This document shows, one piece after another, positions 56,605 through 64,000 of a stretch of 64,000 nucleotides of DNA. The position numbers and the translations under genes were made by a program. Origin of the DNA: Alphaproteobacteria bacterium (lineage in GTDB: Bacteria; Pseudomonadota; Alphaproteobacteria; JBFXJJ01); contig JBFXJJ010000003.1 in NCBI GenBank assembly GCA_050175015.1, positions 145,998 through 209,997 on the forward strand. The letters are read 5' to 3'. The notes beneath the pieces were generated by a model, which was not told where the DNA came from, did no database searches, and saw only the letters and a program-made list of their open reading frames with translations. How positions within the stretch are numbered: position 1 is the stretch's first letter; every line of letters begins with the position of its first letter.

Positions 56605-57747
56605 ATGGTCGATAAGGATTCGCTAAATAAAAAAGTATTAACACAAGAAGATGTTAATCTTCTTTTAAAAAATCCTTCTAAAGATGTTAGGGTTTCAACA
56701 ACAGAAAAACTTGCATATCAATTCGACAAAGGTCAGCTTTCAGGAGATGAACGGCATCTGGCAGAAGAAATTTTTAGAATTCTTATGCATGATGCAGAAG
56801 TTAGAGTTAGAGAAACTCTTGCCCAAAATTTAAAAGAAAATATTAATCTTCCTCGTGATGTTGCTAAAACTTTAGCAAAAGACGTTGATTCTGTTGCTTT
56901 GCCGATAATTAAGTTTTCAGAAGTTTTAACAACTGAAGATCTCATCAGTATTGTAGAATCTCAAAATGAGGAAAAACAAAAAGCCGTAGCTAGCAGGGCT
57001 TATGTTCAAAAAGAAGTATCCGCTGTTATTGCTTCTAAAGCTTGTGAAGATGCGGTTGCAGTTTTGGTTGCGAATGAAGGCGCTGTTATTTCTGAAGATT
57101 CTTTTGAAAATGTTATTCAAAGGTTTGGGGAAAGCGAAAAAATTCAAAAACCACTCGTCTTCCGCTCTAATATTCCATTAACCGTTGCTGAAAAATTAGT
57201 TCATAAAGTTTCTGAAGAATTAAGAGGACATTTAGTAAGTACTCACAATCTTCCTCCTGATGTTCTTAATGACTTAGTGACACAAAGCCGTGAAAAGGCA
57301 ACAATTCATATTTCTTCTCAGTCCAGTTCTGATGAAGATGTCAAAGAACTAGTTGAACAAATGAACGAGAATGGGCGTTTAACCACATCTATTATTCTAC
57401 GTTCAATTTGTATGGGTGATGTTAGATTTTTTGAACACGCTTTGGCTATAAAAAGCGGGATTCCTGTTTCTAATGCTAGATTATTGATTCATGATTCAGG
57501 AGATCTCGGACTAGAAAGTTTATACAAACAAGCCGAACAGCCACAAGAAATGTTTCCTGCTGTTAAGGCTGCTTTAGATGTTATGAGAGAGACTTTCTAT
57601 GATGGCGAGGCTAATGATAAAGAGCGCTTTACTAGACGTATGATTGAAAGAATTCTTACCAAATATGATGAAATGGGTATAGAGTTTGAAAATGATGACT
57701 TAGAGTATTTGTTATCAAAAATGAATGCTATGCCAGCTAGCGCATAA
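56605..57747 (+). CDS. Alpha-helical repeat protein (DUF2336-like, alphaproteobacterial)
   Basis: Repeated DVRVRETLAQNL / DV..L..L-type helical units. 380 aa. Confidence 0.4.
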   Translation: MVDKDSLNKKVLTQEDVNLLLKNPSKDVRVSTTEKLAYQFDKGQLSGDERHLAEEIFRILMHDAEVRVRETLAQNLKENINLPRDVAKTLAKDVDSVALPIIKFSEVLTTEDLISIVESQNEEKQKAVASRAYVQKEVSAVIASKACEDAVAVLVANEGAVISEDSFENVIQRFGESEKIQKPLVFRSNIPLTVAEKLVHKVSEELRGHLVSTHNLPPDVLNDLVTQSREKATIHISSQSSSDEDVKELVEQMNENGRLTTSIILRSICMGDVRFFEHALAIKSGIPVSNARLLIHDSGDLGLESLYKQAEQPQEMFPAVKAALDVMRETFYDGEANDKERFTRRMIERILTKYDEMGIEFENDDLEYLLSKMNAMPASA

Positions 57748-57772
57748 TTTACTAAAGGTAATAAGATTTAAG

Positions 57773-57802
57773 AGCTGATATTTTTTTATATCAGCTTTTT
57801 TT
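57773..57802 (+). terminator. Rho-independent terminator
   Basis: agctgatat-tttttt-atatcagct stem-loop followed by tttttt. Serves the + strand gene ending at 57747. Confidence 0.6.
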
Positions 57803-57912
57803 ATGCTATTTTAAAGTGTTTTTAAAATGGTTTGTTGGAACATCTTTTATTCACGGTTTTAAATGTGATCACGATTATGGATATCATTGCTATTGTTAAT
57901 AAAAAGGCGCTC

Positions 57913-59253
57913 TTATTTTCCAGCAATTGTCATCTTATTTATAAATAAACTTGGGCTGTTAAAACTATAGCGGAAATCTAAATCATTAAGAGGGGTGATA
58001 TTTTTAAAAATATCAATAAGATTTCCAGATATTGTAACTTCATTTACAGGATATGCTTTTTGACCGTTTTGAAGGATAAATCCTTTTGCGCCTCTGCTAT
58101 AGTCGCCATTGGTGAGATTGACGCCTTGCCCAGAAAGAGATGTTATAAGAAAAATCTCTTTATAGTCTTGAGCAATATCATTGAGGCTGATAGAGCCATT
58201 AGCTATGTAAAGATTAGAAGGTGAGGGGCAAGGAGACGCCCCAAGTCTTATTGCGGCTTGACCTAAAGGAGGTAAGTTAAGCTGTCTAGCTGAAGCTAAG
58301 TCTAAAAACCAATTTTTAAGGAGACCATTTTCAACCATATTAACCTTTTGGCATGGCAATCCTTCGGCATCAAAAATGCTTGATTTTCGACCCTTTTTAA
58401 TAAGAGGATTGTCAATGATATTCACCTCTGAATTAAAGATTTTCTGGTTCATAAAATCTTTTAAGAAAGAAGCTCCTCTTGCTATTCTAACTCCAGATAT
58501 TGCAGAAGCAAAGTGTGACAGTAAAGATGTTGCAACACGAGATTCAAAGATAACAGGCATTTCACAAGTTTTTATTTTCTGAGCGTCTAAAAGTTCTATA
58601 GCTCTTGTCACGGCATTATTGGCAATAGTTTCAGGAGAATCTAAATCGCTAAAGAACACGGAAGAATGGCTGTCATATTCCCGCTCTTTATCTTTATCAT
58701 TTCCTGCAATTACGGATAGGCTTATGAAAGAACCGCTGCGTTGATAAGAAGATGAAAACCCGTTGCTGGCTGCAATTTCAATAGAAGATTTACTATACCC
58801 GATACCTGCTCCTTCCGAATTAACAATTTTAGGGTTATTAAGAGCGATGTTTTCTGTTTCTAGCGCTGTTTGGCTTAGAAGTTTGCCGTCTGGTTCAAAG
58901 TCGTCATAAAGCTCAAGGTCAATTTCTGTTTGGTTAAATAGTTCTTCTTTAGAAGCCAGTCCGCAAAAAGGATCATCAGGTACCAGTTTTACCATATCAA
59001 GAGCTCTGTTTAGAAGTTTGTCAGCAATTTCGGCGCTGTTTCCAGAAGATGATAAACTTACTTGTTTTTTGTTAGAGAAAACTCTAATTCCAATAGCACT
59101 AGTTTCATAAGCTTCATTTTCCTCTATCTTCCCCATACGGCAAGATATAGAACTTCCTTTAGCATCATAGCATATAGCTTCAGCTTGATCCGCCCCTTTT
59201 TTTAAAGCGTTTTTTACGATTTCATTTAATATTTCAAGGTTTTTATTAGTCAT
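57913..59253 (-). CDS. TldD/PmbA-family metallopeptidase
   Basis: 446 aa with the overall PmbA/TldD layout. Identification is by general similarity only. Confidence 0.55.
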   Translation of the reverse strand: MTNKNLEILNEIVKNALKKGADQAEAICYDAKGSSISCRMGKIEENEAYETSAIGIRVFSNKKQVSLSSSGNSAEIADKLLNRALDMVKLVPDDPFCGLASKEELFNQTEIDLELYDDFEPDGKLLSQTALETENIALNNPKIVNSEGAGIGYSKSSIEIAASNGFSSSYQRSGSFISLSVIAGNDKDKEREYDSHSSVFFSDLDSPETIANNAVTRAIELLDAQKIKTCEMPVIFESRVATSLLSHFASAISGVRIARGASFLKDFMNQKIFNSEVNIIDNPLIKKGRKSSIFDAEGLPCQKVNMVENGLLKNWFLDLASARQLNLPPLGQAAIRLGASPCPSPSNLYIANGSISLNDIAQDYKEIFLITSLSGQGVNLTNGDYSRGAKGFILQNGQKAYPVNEVTISGNLIDIFKNITPLNDLDFRYSFNSPSLFINKMTIAGK

Positions 59254-59255
59254 AG

Positions 59256-60020
59256 TTAGTTTTTGTTGCGAGTAAATACTAAGCTTTGATATCTATCTGG
59301 TGTTATGATTCTTATCTTGCCATTAAAACGTCGGTTTTTATATCCAGAAAGAATAAAATTATTACTATAATTGGCAACAAGGACATAAGATTCATTATCT
59401 ATTGTAGTGATTAGTTTATCTTCAGTTTTGGCTGTATTTATTCCAAGGTAAAAAGATGTAATAAGCAAGACAATAATAAATCCCGATATTACTAAATTAT
59501 ATGCCATATAAGAGCGCTTTTTCATAAAGTAAAAAGAGACCATTAAGATATAAAGCAAAAAGAGATAAAGAGATTCTATTGGAAAAACACCGACTTTAGA
59601 AAGCAATGAAATTATAGTTATAAAGTAAAATGCAATTGATAATGTTGTTAAGGCGGCAAAAAAATCGGTAATTTTTTGAGTTCGATGTTTTATATGAGAA
59701 GTGTTTGGCGGAAGACTTAGTTTAACAACCGCATAAGCAGATAAGCTTGCGATACCGAGGATTGAGCTTATTATAGCTATGTTAACAAGGTTTGCTTCAA
59801 TCATATAAAAAGGGATAGTATATTCAGAATATTTTCCAGCTTTATAGAAAAAGGCTAGTAAAAGAGACAATCCAATAATGTAAAAAACACCAATAGTAAT
59901 AGTAGCAAAAGACATATCACTAAAAACAGGAGGTTTTTGTACCAAATCTGTTTGACTGTCAAAGTCTCTCTTTGTTAAATCATCATTCTCGTCTTTTGTT
60001 GGTGCAGGTGTTGTATTCAT
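59256..60020 (-). CDS. Polytopic membrane protein of unknown function
   Basis: 254 aa, ~6 TM helices. Start 3 nt after the upstream stop. Confidence 0.4.
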   Translation of the reverse strand: MNTTPAPTKDENDDLTKRDFDSQTDLVQKPPVFSDMSFATITIGVFYIIGLSLLLAFFYKAGKYSEYTIPFYMIEANLVNIAIISSILGIASLSAYAVVKLSLPPNTSHIKHRTQKITDFFAALTTLSIAFYFITIISLLSKVGVFPIESLYLFLLYILMVSFYFMKKRSYMAYNLVISGFIIVLLITSFYLGINTAKTEDKLITTIDNESYVLVANYSNNFILSGYKNRRFNGKIRIITPDRYQSLVFTRNKN

Positions 60021-60062
60021 ACATTTCCCCTAAATTGTATAATATCCATTTTAAAGTATCAG

Positions 60063-60725
60063 TTATTCCTTAAAATTACTAGACCAATTTGTGGCCACAG
60101 CATATTTATTATTTGGGGCATTTTCTGTTTTTGAACTAGAGCTTAGGATTGCCGAAAAAACCTTTTTTTGAGCTTGGCACAAAACAAATTTTTTGGGAAA
60201 AGAGTTGAATGTTCTGATATCTTTTATGGTGAATTTTAAATTTTTGAGAATATTGTTGATTGAAAATTTGAATAAAGCATTAGTTTGATAGTAATGGCTT
60301 TTTTTTACAAAGCGCCAAACGTTAAAAGCTGATGGCGTTATGGTGATAAGGTTGCCGCCATCAGCCAAAATGCGCCAAACTTCTTTTAGAAGTTTTTCGT
60401 GGGCTAAACTGTGCTCCAAAGAATGATTTAAAATAATAATATCAAAAAAGCAGTTAGAAAAAGGCAAAAGATAATCATTAGTGATGACAACATTAGAACA
60501 GCCGTCTTTTTTTGCTTTAATGGCGGCATCAGCAAACTTAGGAATAACGGCGGAAATGACTCTTTCTGCGCCTTTTTCTTTGAAAGATTGCTCAAATAGA
60601 GGAAAGCCAATCTCTAAAACACGTTTGCCAAAAGTTTCAAGTTTTAGATTGTTTATTTGATTTATAAGGACATTATTAATACGTTGTCCATTGTGTGATT
60701 TATAAAAATCATAAATATCGTACAT
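60063..60725 (-). CDS. Class I SAM-dependent methyltransferase (start uncertain; ORF-track start overlaps thiolase)
   Basis: VLEIGF...DIIILNHSLEH Rossmann-fold MTase motifs. The ORF-track start at 60770 would overlap the thiolase 3' end by 46 nt, so a later start (MYDIYDF) is chosen. Confidence 0.5.
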   Translation of the reverse strand: MYDIYDFYKSHNGQRINNVLINQINNLKLETFGKRVLEIGFPLFEQSFKEKGAERVISAVIPKFADAAIKAKKDGCSNVVITNDYLLPFSNCFFDIIILNHSLEHSLAHEKLLKEVWRILADGGNLITITPSAFNVWRFVKKSHYYQTNALFKFSINNILKNLKFTIKDIRTFNSFPKKFVLCQAQKKVFSAILSSSSKTENAPNNKYAVATNWSSNFKE

Positions 60726-61897
60726 TATCTTTCTACACACAAAGCTATACCCATACCCCCGCCGATGCATAAGGTTGCCAGTCCTTTTTTAGCATCTCTT
60801 TTCTGCATTTCATAAAGTAATGAAACTAGAATTCGTGTCCCTGAAGCCCCAATAGGATGTCCCAATGCGATAGCACCGCCATTAACATTTACAATATCTA
60901 AATCCCAATTCATTTCTTTGTTAACAGCAATAGATTGAGCGGCAAAAGCCTCATTGGCTTCGATTAAATCTAAATCAGAAGGTTTCCAGCCCGCAAGGTC
61001 TAGAGCTTTGCGAGAGGCAAAAACAGGGCCTATTCCCATAAAAGCAGGATCAACACCAGCATCAGCAAAAGATGCAATTTTTGCTAAAGGTTTTAAGCCT
61101 TTTTTCTTTGCTTCTTCTAAAGACATTAGAAGTATGGCTGCGGCACCATCATTAACACCAGATGCGTTTCCAGCTGTTACTGTTCCGCTAGCATCAAAAG
61201 CAGGTCTAAGTTTAGCTAAAACTTCTTTGGTTGTGTCTGGTCTTATAAATTCATCTTCGGCAAAAATTATTTCTTGTTTTTTATCTTTGATTGTAATAGG
61301 AACAATTTCATCTTTAAATATTCCGCTATCTCTAGATTTTGAAGCTTTTTGTTGTGATAAAGCGGCAAAGCTATCTTGTTCTTCTCGAGATATATTATAT
61401 TTTTTGGCAATATTTTCAGCCGTAACTCCCATATGATATCCAAGCATAGCATCCATTAAGCCATCTTTGAGCATAGTATCGGTTGTTTCGTAGTTTCCCA
61501 TTTTGATACCGCTGCGGAGATAAAAGGTATGTGGAGCTAAGGACATATTCTCTTGTCCGCCAGCAATAATTACATCATTGCAGCCAGTTTGAATGGACAT
61601 TGCTGCGTTTATGATAGAGCGCAGACCTGAACCGCAAACTTGATTAACGGTATAGGCAGGAGTTGTTTCAGGAATGTTTGAAGCTATCGCAGCTTGCCTT
61701 GCAGGATTCTGACCACAAGCAGCCGTTAAGACTTGTCCCATAATAACGCTTGAAATGTCAGAAGCATTAATTCCAGCTCTCTTTATTGTCTCACAAATGA
61801 CTGTTTTGCCAAGAATATGGGCAGGAGTTTTAGAGAGAGTGCCACAAAAACTTCCAACTGCTGTTCTTGCTGCAGATACAATGACAACCTCTCTCAT
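60725..61897 (-). CDS. Acetyl-CoA C-acetyltransferase (thiolase II)
   Basis: VNQVCGSGLRS (active Cys), NEAFAAQ and GHPIGASGTRIL with the C-terminal CIGGGMG thiolase signatures. 390 aa. Confidence 0.85.
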   Translation of the reverse strand: MREVVIVSAARTAVGSFCGTLSKTPAHILGKTVICETIKRAGINASDISSVIMGQVLTAACGQNPARQAAIASNIPETTPAYTVNQVCGSGLRSIINAAMSIQTGCNDVIIAGGQENMSLAPHTFYLRSGIKMGNYETTDTMLKDGLMDAMLGYHMGVTAENIAKKYNISREEQDSFAALSQQKASKSRDSGIFKDEIVPITIKDKKQEIIFAEDEFIRPDTTKEVLAKLRPAFDASGTVTAGNASGVNDGAAAILLMSLEEAKKKGLKPLAKIASFADAGVDPAFMGIGPVFASRKALDLAGWKPSDLDLIEANEAFAAQSIAVNKEMNWDLDIVNVNGGAIALGHPIGASGTRILVSLLYEMQKRDAKKGLATLCIGGGMGIALCVER

Positions 61898-61946
61898 TTT
61901 TTAACTCCTTAAACCTGATAAGGCGTATTAGCAAAATTTTATAAGT

Positions 61947-64000
61947 TTAGCCTTTTTTATTTTCTTGATTACCATATTCCATAGATTTGGTGAAAAGCTG
62001 TTTCAACCTGTTTTCGACTTTGCGATTAACGGTTCCCATAGGATATTCCCCATTGTCATCAAGCCCACCAGCAGGAATGCCAGTTAAAATTTCAATTCCT
62101 TCATCTACGGTAGAAACATCATATACATGGAATAAACCATCTCTTACAGCATCAACAATTTCTTGTTTGAGCATAAGATTTTTAACGTTGTTTTCTGGAA
62201 TTAAAACGCCATGGGTTCCATCTAGGCCTCGACCTTTGCAAACATCAAAGAAGCCTTCAATCTTTTCGTTAACGCCACCGATAGGCTGAATTCTTCCGAA
62301 TTGGTCAACAGAGCCTGTTACAGCGAAGTTTTGTTTGATAGGAATACCAGAGATTGCAGATATTAGGGCATAATATTCAGCTGAAGAAGCAGAATCGCCA
62401 TCAACCTCACCATAAGATTGTTCAAAAACCAAAGATGCTGTTAATGACAATGGTTTATCTTTAGAGAATCTAGATCCTAAAAGTGATTGTAAAATTAAGA
62501 CCCCTTTAGTATGAATAGGGCCGCCTAATTCAACTTCTCTTTCAATATCAATGACATCACCTTTACCCATACGAACTAAGCAAGTAATTCTAGTTGGGCG
62601 CCCAAAAGAGATGCGTCCAAATTCATAGACAACAAGACCATTAATCTGACCTGCAACTTCCCCACTAGTGCTAATTTTTATGACGTTGCGGGTTATTTGT
62701 TCCATCATACTTTCACGGACACGGTCTGAACGGTAAATCTGAGATTTAATCGCCTGTTCAACGTGATTGCAGCCGATAATATTTGAATTGCTAGCACGAG
62801 CAAAATAATCAGCTTCTCTTACTAAATCACCAATACTTGCAATATGAGCCGTAAGTTTATTGGCATCGCCAGCGAGGCGGGAAGCGTGCTCAACAATTCT
62901 TGCTACCGCATAATTATTAAGAGAACGAAGCTGTTTCTTTTTGGAAAGGGAGCCAATGAGCTTAGCATATTCGGCTTCATTTTCGCGAGTACGTTCCATT
63001 GTAGAGCAGAAATCGGCTTCAACTTTGAATAAGTCGCCAAAATCAGGATCTAAAGAAGCTAGAGTATAATAAAGATCCGCTTCTCCAATTAATATGATTT
63101 TAACATCAAGAGGTATTGGCTCGGGATCTAGCGTGATTGTGCTAAAGCCTATGTCATCACCGGTCTGCTCAATTTTGATATTTTTAGAGCGGATAGCTCT
63201 TTTTAAACTGTCCCAAGCGCTAGGCTGAGACAAAAGTTTTCTAGCATCAATTAAAAGGTAGCCGCCGTTTGCTTCGTGCAAAGATCCAGCTTTAATTAAA
63301 TTAAAGTCAGAAATTAAGGCGCCAAAAAGCTGCTGTCTTTCAACTCTTCCAAAAAGATTGGAATAAGTCGGGTGATCAGCAAAAACTATTGGAGCTCCTT
63401 CTTTTTCTTCATTGCGGACAATAGGATTAACCAAATATTGTCTTAAGCTTTGTTCTCCTGTAGCAGTTGAGCGTTTCATTGCTGCTAAAATTGGATTTTC
63501 CTCTTCTTCTTCTTCAAAGAATTGGTCTACATTTTCAATAATGTGGTTATGAACTTGTTTAAGATAAGAAGTAACGGCTTTAATATCTTTATATTTCTTT
63601 TTAATTTCGTCAAGATATCCAGATACTGCAGCATTGGTAATTTTTTTATTAAGATTCGAAACTTCTTCTCTTTGATCTTTTTCCCATTTAGGAACATCTC
63701 TAACGGCTATTTCAAGCTTTTCTTGAGTTTCATTAAGCTCTTTCATTAAAGCTTTTTGTTCATCTTCAGGTAGCTTTTCAAAGGCTTCTGGAGATAAAAC
63801 TTCACCATTATGCATTGGTGCAACAACCAAACCAACAGGCATTCTTAATAAAGAGACATTTTTACCTGATGCTTGTTTTTGAAGATTATCAAAATAGTTT
63901 GATTTTTGTTCTTTGTATTTTTCTTCAACAGATGCGAGTTTTTCTTTGTATTCATCGCTTTCGAATGCCGCAGGAATAGATATTTTTAGGTTATCAACTA
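61947..64000 (-). CDS. Lon-related ATP-dependent protease (COG1067/YcbZ-like), N-terminus beyond window edge
   Basis: C-terminal S16 Lon proteolytic domain (GDSASSAEYYALISAISGIPIKQNFAVTGSVDQFGRIQPIGGVNEKIEGFFDVC). The reading frame stays open upstream of the Met at 63842 to position 64000. Confidence 0.65.
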   Translation of the reverse strand, partial: VDNLKISIPAAFESDEYKEKLASVEEKYKEQKSNYFDNLQKQASGKNVSLLRMPVGLVVAPMHNGEVLSPEAFEKLPEDEQKALMKELNETQEKLEIAVRDVPKWEKDQREEVSNLNKKITNAAVSGYLDEIKKKYKDIKAVTSYLKQVHNHIIENVDQFFEEEEEENPILAAMKRSTATGEQSLRQYLVNPIVRNEEKEGAPIVFADHPTYSNLFGRVERQQLFGALISDFNLIKAGSLHEANGGYLLIDARKLLSQPSAWDSLKRAIRSKNIKIEQTGDDIGFSTITLDPEPIPLDVKIILIGEADLYYTLASLDPDFGDLFKVEADFCSTMERTRENEAEYAKLIGSLSKKKQLRSLNNYAVARIVEHASRLAGDANKLTAHIASIGDLVREADYFARASNSNIIGCNHVEQAIKSQIYRSDRVRESMMEQITRNVIKISTSGEVAGQINGLVVYEFGRISFGRPTRITCLVRMGKGDVIDIEREVELGGPIHTKGVLILQSLLGSRFSKDKPLSLTASLVFEQSYGEVDGDSASSAEYYALISAISGIPIKQNFAVTGSVDQFGRIQPIGGVNEKIEGFFDVCKGRGLDGTHGVLIPENNVKNLMLKQEIVDAVRDGLFHVYDVSTVDEGIEILTGIPAGGLDDNGEYPMGTVNRKVENRLKQLFTKSMEYGNQENKKG

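Noticed and set aside
1-64000. Search for tRNA, rRNA, SRP RNA, tmRNA, CRISPR arrays, IS elements, integrases and in-frame TGA (selenocysteine) read-through candidates
   Set aside because: No cloverleaf-like GC-rich segments or direct-repeat/spacer arrays in any intergenic region. No transposase or integrase-like ORF. Adjacent ORF pairs in the molybdenum-enzyme cluster are separated by genuine stops and starts rather than a single in-frame TGA, so no Sec codon can be inferred.

Overview
The window is AT-rich (roughly mid-30s % GC by eye), densely coding DNA from what looks like a low-GC alphaproteobacterium. I found no rRNA, tRNA, CRISPR array, transposase or integrase. Housekeeping blocks have conserved synteny: dapF-mtaB-ftsY (minus strand, about 6.4-9.4 kb), ffh-rpsP-rimM-trmD-rplS-asd (plus strand, 10.3-15.0 kb) and yfgM-like/bamB/der (34.7-38.2 kb). 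Three regions stand out. (1) A roughly 17-kb, ten-gene minus-strand operon (16745-34058) for molybdenum-hydroxylase purine catabolism. It encodes XdhA/XdhB, a second XdhD-like enzyme with a fused 2Fe-2S domain, a DPD/YgfK-like flavo-FeS protein, an SsnA-like amidohydrolase, a cyclic amidohydrolase and a ClC channel. It also encodes a MocA-like cytidylyltransferase fused to a P-loop NTPase, and is headed by two PLP fold-type-II enzymes. The gene set echoes the E. coli ygf (proposed selenium-dependent molybdenum hydroxylase) neighbourhood, but with unusual accessory genes and no xdhC. (2) An orphan array of four tandem VirB6/TrbL-like paralogs (48807-56398). They have divergent low-complexity C-terminal tails and are preceded by a tiny two-TM ORF. 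No other T4SS genes lie nearby, which is reminiscent of VirB6 expansions in obligate intracellular alphaproteobacteria. (3) A GGDEF diguanylate cyclase (39605-42688) carrying about three near-identical tandem DNA repeats of roughly 315-345 bp. These encode a very acidic Y-D-E-L-P-A-E-rich tail that ends in a Lys/Val-rich basic tail. Other notable features are a translationally coupled ATP-pyrophosphatase-like/MurD-like pair (candidate MurL/MurD2 glutamate-racemase bypass), a membrane-anchored Memo-AMMECR1 fusion, and two tandem paralogous single-domain response regulators with Arg-rich tails. There is also a 1405-aa protein with a beta-rich N-terminal region and a coiled-coil C-terminus, and a Lon-like protease truncated at the window edge. 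All functional calls come from motif recognition by eye and are unverified by search.
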